Shown here: piece after piece, positions 13,208 to 23,539 of the stretch | How positions within the stretch are numbered: position 1 is the first letter of the stretch | Layout of the letters: each line of letters begins with the position of its first letter | DNA from: Selaginella moellendorffii | Lineage: Eukaryota > Plantae > Lycopodiophyta | DNA length: 64,000 nt | Assembly: GCF_000143415.4 (NCBI RefSeq) | Contig: NW_003314267.1 | Coordinates: 1,952,185-2,016,184 of the forward strand | Direction of reading: 5' to 3' | The notes under the pieces: model-generated | What the model was told of the DNA's origin: nothing | Database searches by the model: none | What the model saw: only the letters and a program-made list of their open reading frames with translations | Translations under genes and position numbers: made by a program

Positions 13208-14428
13208 CAATTCAGTAGCTTGATAAACATGCAAATACAGAACTTGATGCAAAATCCTTTGATATGTCACAATGCCCCTAGGACCATAAACACATTTCAA
13301 TAGAGAGGGTCCTTTCATTTCATAACTCCTTACGTAGATCTTGGTGAAACCAGAGTTAGTGAAGTTGGTTTCTTATGATCCCACATCTGATTGTGATGTC
13401 CCTTTGCAGTGTCGATGGAAAGGTCAATGCACAACAAACTGTAGAATCTTGGAGCAAAATAACGGTCGGATCTATGGCAAATGCCCCTGAAACATTGTAA
13501 GGCTTGTGTGGTCTCATGTGGTGTCCGATCAAGATGCTTCTTTGCAGGGTCATCAAGAAGGACATTGTATACCATTCTGTAAAATCTAGTTGCGATCTAA
13601 CGGTTGGATCTCCAGAAAACTCAAAACAATCTTGCGCGTGTTAGAATATTCTAGGAATATACTCCTATGTGCCCCTGAAAATGGCATGCGGCCCCACGCC
13701 ATTCAAGAGATAACGCCAGATGACGCCGAGCATTTTTTGGTGCATTTTTTGGGATCAAAATTGCATGAGCCCACACGCTTGAACGTCACATCAAATCCTC
13801 TGACAATTTATTTAGCTAAACATCTGGCATTTTTGGAAATACAAGATGCTTTGGAATATCCAATCATGCATGGTATAAATATAGCGAGGGTATTAAATGA
13901 TATCCCAATCATGATCTTTCTTTTGGATTTCGCATGCATGCAGTCCGAGGAATGATGACGTTGCGGATTTCTTTTGGATTTCACGCATGCACGCGGCGAT
14001 CCAGAAATTAATGGTGGCGCCCAAGTCCAAGGAATGATGACGTGGCAGGATTACCAACCGTCGTGACATTTCGCGCGTGTGAGGTTAGGTTTTGCATTTT
14101 GCTTCGTACTCGCGCTCGCACACTCGCGCTCGCATCGCGCTCCCACTTCTCTACAGGTTTCTCGTGTGCATCGGCGTCCACTCGCACTTGCATCACACTC
14201 GCGCTCGCATCGCGCTCGTGTGCATCGGCGTCCACTTCAAGACACACCCAGTTTGTAACTTCGCCGCCAACTCCGCCGCCCACTCCACGCAGCCCACTTG
14301 GCGTCCCGGGAGATTTCAACGCCACTCTCCAACTGTAAGTGGCAGAGTAGCCTTGCTGCTACGATCCGCTGCACACACAGTGCACATTCGCTAGCGAGTC
14401 CGGTTGTCACGCCTCCATTCGGCTTCAA

Positions 14429-17400
14429 ATGGTAAGTCTTTTAGGCCAAGTAGAAAATGGCATGAGGCCACATGCCATTCAGTAGCAACATTGGCATGCA
14501 CCGATTGGGCTCTCGAGTGCAGTCCGGTTATAGATGGCGTGTAGCCTCATGCCATCTTAGGATGCAGCCTCAAGACATCTGATGCAGTGGTGAATGGCGT
14601 GTGGCCTCACGTTATTTCCAGCTGCTAGCTTTTCATCTGTCAGCTCTAATTGTTGTGCATTTCTGAACAGGCGAGGAATTGCATTCTTCTTCCAGCCACT
14701 GTCAATGTGGATGCAGAGAAGGGGGAGGAGCTCACCAGTTGGACTTTCGGGATGGAAGGCGAGGATCTGAGGCTGTACAACACAGATGGTGGGAGAAAAG
14801 AATGCATGGGGATCCTCATCCAAGTGACAGACACTCCATGCAGTTCCATGCAAGAATATGGATTGGCACTTGTGGTAGAGACAGCGTCTGCCTTCAAGAT
14901 CCACCTTGCACATCCTAGCGGCTTCCCGGAGGGGGGTAGCAGCTATGACGAATTCCTAGAGGGAGCTAGGGAGAGGTTGTCCAGGAGGCCCACAATTTCA
15001 AAGATGCTGCGGGTCTATGAAGATCACATGGAATCCACGGACCTCACCTACGGCAATGTTCAAAAACTATATTCCAACATTGAGCCGTTGAGAGTGCCTC
15101 CAGTTCGCGAAGCGAAGGGGAAGGGGGTCGATCTGGAAACTACCCCGAAGCAGAAAAGGGTGGTCAAGCTCAAGCCGACGTCCGACTCTCCTCCAAAAAA
15201 GAAGCTACTCGGTGATGCCATTGCCTCGGGTTCGAACACTACACCCACCAAAAAGAAGAGCCGCAAAGAGCAGAAAGAGCAAGAAGAGGCAACAAAAATC
15301 GTCGCAGATAATAGTACTTGTTACTATTCCAACAAAGTATATACAATCGACGTGAGCTGTATCGACATCCAAAGCAAATACAACCACAAGCTAGTATCTG
15401 ATGAGTGGGTGGAGAAACTGAAGCAGAAGATGCTGGCAAGTCCAGTAACACCCGACATCGCAGATGTGATCCCCTACTACCGAACAATGAAGGGCGAGAC
15501 GAGGTTTCCAGACTTGATCAATAGGAAGGTGTTGGACGATCAGAACATCCGGTTCTATGCCGTCTCCGGGCAGCATTCTAGCTTGGCGATGCAAGAGATA
15601 GTTGTGGATATTATGGTGGGCGAGGAGGTGAAGAAAGTCTTCAAGACAAGAGTTGTCCACCTGATAAATGGCAACTCACCCCTCCGATCTATCATATACA
15701 TCTCCCACGCGCAGAATGTCAAGCAAGAAACGTGCTACAAATCGGGTCTACACGAGACATTGGCACGAACACGGAAGCTCTGGGTTCAACTGAAGAAGCC
15801 ACAAAAACCAGGACAAGGACGTGCACTAGCAACTAGCGCCTTGCAGGTAAGCCTCGTTGCATGTGGCATAGCATGTGGCCTCACGCCATTTCCATTGTAG
15901 GAATTCTTGAGTCTTCTCTCGAAAACACTGGGGGTCAATGACACACTCAGCATCCATAACATTCTACTCGCGACAAAAGTTGTTTTTGACAAATGGGTAG
16001 ATGTGCTGAGGAGGTACCATGACGGGGAGTTACTAAACTCAATGGGTGTGGAGGACGGCAAGAAGCCCAATGATTTGAAGCTCAACGCTTTGCGTTTCTC
16101 GCGGTCTCTAGACGACGACGACCTTCTGACAGTGGCTAATGCTCTTCTACGTGGTGAGGTAGTCTTCAACAAGACCAAAATGACTCCCGGCCATATTGTG
16201 ACATACGAGGACTTATGCATGACTCTGAGAGCTTGTGCGCTATTGAAGGATTGGATCTTCGAGCAAGTGGCCATGGAGAGGGTGAGCATCGACACCACGC
16301 AAGAGATGATGGAAGCGCTGGATTTGTCAAATGAAGACATCGACGAGTACGTGAAGGGGGCCCCCAAGTTCATCGATCTGCTGCGGGATGCCACGAAAAG
16401 TAAAGCTGAGAAGTTGGATCAGTATCCAAATTTCATTAAGAGTGATGTCGACCGCCGGCTTCAGAAACAGCTCAACCCCGCAGCAGAGGCCTATCGAGAA
16501 CCTTACCGGGTATACTTGAATTCGGATGAGGATCAAAGGTGGAGGAGCATCGTTTCCTGCGGAGATGAGCAGGTCAAGAACATCTTTTGTGTGATGGACT
16601 TCACAAACGAGGAGATCACTCATGCAGACGAAGTCAGCTCCATCATTGACTTAATGGTGGGACTTGCGGAGGTGGAATCTTCAGTCCACTATATGAACTA
16701 CGACTCCGAATCCTATCACAGGTTCTGGAAGGCCTTGAACGAGGTGAAGGCTCGGTTGAAAGGCAAGGAGATGCGGGAGATCCATGGGATAATGGCTAAG
16801 AAGAAGATACCGACGAATGTCCGCATCTTCACACTCGCCCTTGTTATTGGTCTTGCAGCAGAGTGGGACTGGAGTGACTTCCCAGCTTCGCTCGACAAGG
16901 CCGATCGAATTGATCTGAAGGAGGTCAATTTACCCGTGCCTGAGGAACTGAAGACGGCTATGGAGCTTTCGAATCCAAAGAAAGCTCTAGGTGCAGCATG
17001 GGAAATGCTCAGCTGGGTCTTCAATGCAATAGCAGGTGGGTCACCTGCTTCCGACTCCAAGGGCAAATGCGTTGTCGAGTACAACTGCGGCGGACTATTC
17101 TTTCGAGCCGCACTACTCAAGGGTGTCCCGTGTGTTGCGGTGACAAACTCCATTGAAGAGGTGACTTCAATGGAGCATATAATTACAGTTGCCAAAGAAA
17201 AACAGTATCTTCTCTGCGAACCTGGTGAGTACGCACTTTAAGTTTAAATGTTATCTCACAAGCTCTGTATGCAGGAGCGTGGCCACCCCCAGATGCTGAA
17301 ACGGCGTTAACAGCTACTGTTGAAGATACCCATGTTAGGCCGAGCTCACAACCTGCACAAGGTAAGGTCACGTGAGGCCTCACGCCATTTTGATTATAGA

Positions 17401-19991
17401 TCGTTGTGAATATTCAGACACGAGGACTGAAAAGCGCACTGAAGGTGCGTCGAAGAAGGACAAACAGACAAGCAATAGGAAAAAAGGAGGTACAAATTAT
17501 ATTTGCAATGGCGTGTGGTCTCATGCCATTCCTTGCAAGAGACACTTCTTCAAAGGCAAAACAGGCAAGCACCAGCCAAGCTCAAACTGACAGTGGTCAT
17601 AAAAAGCGAAAGCACGTTGGACAGTCGTCGGGATCAGAGGCGTTTGATTCGAAAAGGAAGAAGGGCAACGAAAAGATGATAGGTAATGCCTCGCGGTTAT
17701 GGCGTGTGTGCTCATGCCATTCATTGCAGATCAAGGGCTGAGTGAAAGCAGGCAGTCACCACCTCCTGACTCAGATTCCTATGGCGGACTCCCCTTCCCC
17801 AATCTCAATGGAGAGGTACAATGGATGAGGGATGCTTTTCAAGTCAGGGCCACGTTTTTCTCATTTCATCGTCTTCGAAGGGTGCAAGAACGTGCAGAAA
17901 CCATGTTAAGACAGTCAGGTGAGGATACGGTCCTAGGTCACGCACTAAAACAGGCTATGGATGTCTTGTATTTTGAGATGGAGACTCGGCCAGATGATTT
18001 TCCCAAGATGGTCCTGGAAGAACAAGCCATCCAGCTTGAGCAGCCTATGGAAGAAATGCAGGAGGGGGATGAGGAGCCAGAGAAAGATAATGAGCAGGAA
18101 GAGCAGAAGGACGAAGAGGAGGACAAAGAAGAGGAGGACGAAAAAGAGGAGGACGAAGAGGACTTGGATGGTCCTCACAATGGTGACGATCACAATAACG
18201 ACGATGGCCAGCCTGAGGTGGCCAAAGAGCAGCGGAGGAAGGTCATACAAGACAAACCATCAGGTAAATAATAGTACATCCATTCCTAACCTTTTACCAT
18301 TTCTAACATTGTCCATGTAGGTCGCAGAGCAAATGGTAAGTAGAGATTATTCAGTTGAATTTACAAACTCTAGCCTTTAGTGTCGAGGAAGGATAGTGCC
18401 AAGCAAGGGTCGAAACGTATGTCCAATCCTTTAGAATCAGCAGTGCGCCCAAGTGATATTAGTCCTAGTTCCTCAATAGCAGTTGATGGTAAATACAGTA
18501 TAGTCAATTCAATGTGCTAATGAGTTTGTTTTTAGTAGCACGGGAGGATACCATCTCAATCGAAGGGAGATATTTGGACATGCATATGGATCCGCCAGTG
18601 GACTCTACTTGCCTACAAGAGTCATCAAAGCTGGTGGAGGCTACTATCCATATCAACACCAAGCAAGCTGACCACGCTCCACTTGATGCTGCCCATACCA
18701 CTGAGTCAATCTTGTCCACGTATCCAACTGACGGTGACCAGGTGCCATTGGACCCGCATGAGGCCGCCCCAGCCACTGAGCCGGTCGTATCCCCATTTCC
18801 AACAGACTCAACGTGTGCCCAATCGTCTGACTACGCGCCGTTGGAACCTCCCTACACCGCCCCGTCCACTTTGCCAACGGAGGCACCAGCTGAAATGGCG
18901 TGTGATCACACGCCATCGGAACCACCCCATGCCACTGTTGAGCCAGTTGTACCAGAGTCTACAGCTGAAATGGCATCTGCCCACACGCCATCGGATGCGA
19001 TTGACCCCACATTGCAGAGGAGAGTATTTCCGCCCTTCACGTTTCCTCGACCAAAACCCTCTCAACGACCATCGGGAGCACCATTCGCTAATATTGTAGA
19101 TGGTAAAATTGATTTGTACCATTTTTTATGCTGACGCATTTCATTTCAGAGTCACGGCGAAGGTACTGTATCGTTTTTGATCTGAACGGTGTCCTTTTCT
19201 CCCATGAGCGTGGCTCGTCCTCGAATGTCACTGCACCCTCCAAAGCCTGCGGTCGCAAGTTGGTCAAAAGAGACAGATTCACATTAATCACACGGGAGAA
19301 ACTGTGGGATCTAATAATGACCATGCGACACTTAAAACAGAGGGCCGGGTTCAATTTGCAATTGGGAGTTTGGACATCCATGATGCCCCACAATGCATTA
19401 ACGTTGCTACAGATGATGCACGATCAGACGCGAGTAATATTACCATTTGACTTTCTCCTAATGCAAGAGGATTGCTTGACTATGGTCCATGTGAGGGGTA
19501 GCAAGCCCATCTTCGTCAAGCCAGAGGCTGTAGTAATGAACCGGACTGCTAGGTCAAGTGAAATCCTCATCATCGATGACTCGCCAATTAAAACTGCAGC
19601 GAACACGCACACATATGCAGTGCACCCCATCTCTTGCAGTATAGAAACTAGGGAGAAGAAACCATATGTTTTGGGGGACCTTGCAAAACAGCTTGGAGCG
19701 ATGGTGATAGAGAACCGGCCAGTCCAGGAGGTGGCTGCAGAAATCAACCAAATGGCAGATGGAACGGTATATCAGAAGCCATTTGATTGGACAGACACTA
19801 GTCATCATTTATGGCATGTATATTGTCTAGCCAAGCACTATCCACATCTCCATAATCTGCTCAACCGGATGGGTTCTTCGACCACTAAACATGAGCGTGG
19901 ACGTATTAGAGAAGAGATGGCATTACTATTGGGTTTAAATCCTGATAGTGTGGAGAGTGATGAAATTCCAAGATTATTGTATAGGCGTTAG
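14429..19991 (+). CDS. Transposon cargo gene, ~1,620 aa, about 11 exons: ParB/DGQHR-like, degenerate N4/N6-MTase-like, acidic/Pro-rich linker, FCP1/NIF-like HAD phosphatase
   Basis: Hand-built GT-AG model in frame: 14429-31, 14671-15846, 15901-17224, 17275-17361, 17418-17489, 17542-17682, 17730-18263, 18321-35, 18381-18488, 18539-19102, 19150-19991; one weak acceptor at 17541. HAD motifs IVFDLNGVL, GVWTS, IFVK, ILIIDDSPIK are clear; the other domains are tentative. Confidence 0.65.
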
Positions 19992-20430
19992 AGGCAAAAA
20001 ATAACAATCTGAGATGGCATGTATTTATTTAAAAATGTAACTTATTATGGCATGGGGTTCCATGCCATTGTATTAATATTAAAAGACAATTCTTTGAGAG
20101 GATTTGCATTATACTAGAAGTGTTACAGCATGTTATTGGAAGTCTACGAAGTTGTTTTATTAATAAGGGGAAAGTAAAGATTGAATGGGGACTTGGGCTC
20201 CACCTAGACTCGGAGCAACTGAGCCAATATTAAAAGGATGAAAAGAAATTGAACGACGATGACAAGGAGAAGAGAGAGGTGAAGCAGTGGCAGGGGGAGG
20301 AGAAGTGATTGAGTAGACATTTCCTTGTTTAAAATAAAATGGTATGTGCCTCAATGCAGTTGAATTTTGTTATATTTATATACTATATAAAGGTTTGGAA
20401 ACCTTATTTTACAAGTGGGATAATGACAAT

Positions 20431-20454
20431 TCCCACTTTAACGAAATAGAGCTT
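20431..20454 (-). repeat. Right TIR
   Basis: Inverted complement of 8417-8440. Confidence 0.92.
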
Positions 20455-20458
20455 CATA

Positions 20459-22417
20459 GCCAATTTAACATTTTACAAACATCACGAATATGCTCTTCCT
20501 ATGTCCCCTTTGAGTGGATCAAAACATCATCAATGAAGTCAACAATCACATCTGGTATATCACAAAGAACCTCATTTGTCATCCGCTGGAAAGTTGTTAA
20601 AGTATTCTTCAAACCAAATGGCATCACCAAGAACTCGTACAAACCAAACAGTGTACAAAAAGTATTCTTAGAAATATCTTTTTCAGCCATTGATACTTGC
20701 CAGTACTTAGAAGCAAGATCTAGCTTGGTGGACCAATGACTTCGCCACAGACAATCCAAAAGATCAGCAGTGTGAGGAAGAGGGTACACATCCGGGATCA
20801 TCACTTCATTTAATGGACGATAGTCAATGCAGAAATGAATACTCTCATCAGGCTTCGTCACAAGATGAAGTTCATATGCCCAAGGACTCCACAACTTTCG
20901 AATAACACCCTTCTTCAATATCTCCTTGATGTTTTCACGTAAAATCTTGATCTCTTTGGGTGACCAATGACGAACAGGAACCTTGATTGGATGAGCATCC
21001 CTAGTTGGAATCGGATGATGGGTGGCAATCTTGGCCCCGGACAATAGGTTAAATTCAAAAAGATTAGAATACTCCTTCATGAGCCGGTTAATTGCTATAG
21101 CACAAAGATTGTCGAAGGGATCAGAAAAGGAAAGAGCAGAACAAGACAGAAACATAGGAGGAAATAATGGGGGGACAAAAGTAATGGAAGCAAAGGTAAA
21201 AGCAGAGGGACAAAGAAGTACGGAAATGACAGGAATGGATGAAATATAAAGAAGTATGAGAGAAGGGGGAAAAGCCTCAAAGTCACACTTGGCATGATTG
21301 CATTGCAACCAATCCATACCAAGGATGAGGTCAAAAGTTTGACTCGGCACCACCTGCAATGACTGCAACCCAAGCTTGAGATCACCCACACACACCACTA
21401 AGTCCACCTCATCCCATGCACATGCGTACAACCGTTGCCATAAAGAATGAAAACTAGCTCTGCCGCATGATGCAAATGTAGACAGTAACATGTGGCAACA
21501 GGTCGAGCAATAAAAGATAAACTTAAATCTGTATCAACTAACATGGATAGGATAAAAGGAGACCTCTTATTATAAAAATGAGCTTGGAAAGTAAACACTG
21601 GATGAACTAATGCCGAGTGAACCTCTTGATGATACTCTGAAAGAAAAATAGAGGAGTCACTAACTTATTCATGCAAGGTCCCTCTGTTACTTGTGTGACT
21701 CCTCGTTTTCCAGATGCACCTCGGTGTCTAGACCTTCCAGTGCAATAACACCAACAGGACGTTGTTGACGCCAAAGTCTTCACCCAGGAAATGGAGGTCG
21801 CCAATCCGGAAAATGCTGACAACACCGATAAATATGACCAACTTCATCACACGCCCAGTAGTGAACATCACGGCTATGACCACATCCTCGCCTTTGTCTT
21901 GAACTCGAGCAACAGTAGCATCAACCTCCATTGGAACAAGATCATCGCCCACAAACGAATGCCAAATTGCATCACTAACTCAGATGGCCCTTGATGAAGA
22001 CGATATAATTATTGAAAGGCATCATCACAATCATCAGCATGTCTAAATGCGCATTTGAAGACGTCCGGGAGAACACTCCAATCCCTACAAATGGTTGCAC
22101 TCAAACCATTGTACCATTACAGCACCATCCCTTAGAGACATGTGGGAAACTCATGTAAACGTTGAGCATCATCCCAAGAATGATATGTGGCATTCACCAT
22201 GAAGTGATCGAACCAATGGTACACATCATCCCCAGGATTCCCACGAAATAACTTTGGCCAAACAGGAGGATTGGCACCAAGAGCTGAAGGAGTTGTACCA
22301 CGTGCCATGAATGCTGCCATCAACTGAGTTTGGTTGTTCAGTTGCAAAGTGCATGGCATCAAGCAATTGCACCAACTGCTGCTCTAGAGTTAGAGGAGGA
22401 GACTGTTGCTCTACCAT
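20459..22417 (-). pseudogene. Gypsy gag, protease and 5' RT (degenerate)
   Basis: PKLFRGNPGDDVYHW (gag), LVDT (PR), DLILGMDWL, SPWA...FCIDYRPLN...YPLP...LDL...MPFGLKN...FIDDVLIHS (RT). Confidence 0.9.
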
Positions 22418-22546
22418 GAAGATGAATGAAAAGAAAAGAGCAAAAGAAAGGAAATGAAAGAAAACTAGAAGGAAAAGGAGATCTAGAGAATGGAAAAGCT
22501 AAATCTAAACTAGAATCCTGAAAGGAAAGAACAAAAGAAAGGAAAT

Positions 22547-22563
22547 GCCCCTCATCTCCACCA
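22547..22563 (-). promoter_or_regulatory. Primer binding site complementary to tRNA-Ala
   Basis: Minus strand TGGTGGAGATGAGGGGC lies 1 nt inside the 5' LTR; plant tRNA-Ala ends ...CCCCGCATCTCCACCA. Confidence 0.75.
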
Positions 22564-22564
22564 A

Positions 22565-23031
22565 TGTGAGTGATTGGAATATGGAAAGGGAATACAAAAA
22601 ATGTGCATCTCAATTAGCCCAAAAACCGTAGCTTATATATAAGAGCGAATGGTTCAGATTAAAACCAATTCGACAACTGCCAAAATCCCACTATGCTAAT
22701 AATACTTTATTTCGTTAAAGTGGAATTTATTCAGTAAAGTGGGATATTAATTAGCATGTGTCCACATGCCATTTCCTAGTACTTAATTAATATTTATTAA
22801 TATTTCTATCAGTTTTTTAATTTATTTTTTATATTTCACAATATTATAACACAAAATCATATGAAAAATTTTTAATTTATAAATTATAAAGCTAAAACTT
22901 CAATTTTTTATTGTTGTTATAAAAATAGCATGTGGCCACACACCATAGGTGGGATAATGAAATGTTCCACTTTAACGAAATAAAGCATAATATTAGTATA
23001 CGGCATCGTAACTGTACACTTGGACTTTATA
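22565..23031 (-). repeat. 5' LTR of the gypsy element, interrupted by a MITE
   Basis: Colinear with 5997-6158 on both sides of the MITE. Confidence 0.88.
22702..22988. mobile_element. 287-bp MITE of the same family as the 12-kb transposon
   Basis: TIRs ATACTTTATTTCGTTAAAGTGGAA / TTCCACTTTAACGAAATAAAGCAT; 4-bp TSD AATA; the empty site is visible in the other LTR. Two palindrome copies at 22751 and 22925. Confidence 0.92.
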
Positions 23032-23539
23032 AAATGAATTTATTTTTTTATTTATTAATTTTAAAATTATATTTAATATGCCATACTGCATATCAAATTA
23101 AACTATGATATACAACAAAATTCCCATCATCTTGTAAAGCTAGAATTAAATTTATAATATTTATCACTTGACTATAAAGAAAATTTATTTATTTTATATA
23201 AAACTAAATTACCATCAGTTTGAAGTATTAATATACATCCATTTTCTCCAAGATTACCAGTATTTAATTTCTAATATTCTTGTGAGCTTGGGACATAAAA
23301 TAATTGTAACTCACAATTTTTAAATAAATTTAGTTAAAAAATTTATTTCATGAGAGTTTTATTATACCTAGCACACTCAAACTCTCTTCCATTATCATGT
23401 GATCGAAAAGTTGCATATGTCTTTCTATTAATTGGAAATGTGTATTATCCAGTATATGCATAATTATTTTTGGTGCTAAGCTTGTAATACTCCCCCTTAT
23501 GCTGCATAATTATTTTTGGTGAATACTCACCCTTATGCT

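Larger units (their letters stand above)
8715..20068. repeat. Dispersed 22-bp palindrome family ATGGCRTGWGGCCWCAYGCCAT (about 19 copies)
   Basis: Copies start at about 8715, 8768, 10110, 10167, 12002, 12072, 12170, 12752, 13681, 14457, 14534, 14594, 15868, 17367, 17508, 17699, 18895, 18970 and 20047. The core at 12073-12092 is a perfect palindrome. Confidence 0.9.
8417..20454. mobile_element. 12,038-bp cut-and-paste DNA transposon, Sola-like, carrying a transposase and a large cargo gene
   Basis: TIRs AAGCTCTATTTCATTAAAGTGGGA / TCCCACTTTAACGAAATAGAGCTT (23/24 match); 4-bp TSD CATA (8413-8416, 20455-20458). Removing it restores the gypsy RT (...NWLWDVGLKLK). Confidence 0.92.
5997..23031 (-). 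mobile_element. Degenerate Ty3/gypsy LTR retrotransposon (about 4.7 kb of its own sequence), host of two nested DNA transposons
   Basis: Paired ~160-180 bp LTRs, PBS, PPT and gag-PR-RT-RH-INT order on the minus strand; flanked by AAAT (5993-5996 and 23032-23035). Confidence 0.9.

Noticed and set aside
17815-17975. Histone-fold or protochlorophyllide-reductase-tail-like helix bundle in the cargo protein
   Set aside because: The resemblance (AETMLRQSGEDTV...LKQAM) is too short to call without a profile search.
8715-20068. Palindromic repeats as a CRISPR array
   Set aside because: Spacing is irregular (tens to thousands of bp), the context is eukaryotic and intron-containing, and there are no cas genes.
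8417-20454. Assignment to CACTA, hAT, Mutator, Harbinger or piggyBac
   Set aside because: TSD is 4 bp and not TTAA, termini are not CACTA, and the transposase motifs (QxDN..ENKN, GHTHEDxD) fit none of them. Sola-like remains an inference.
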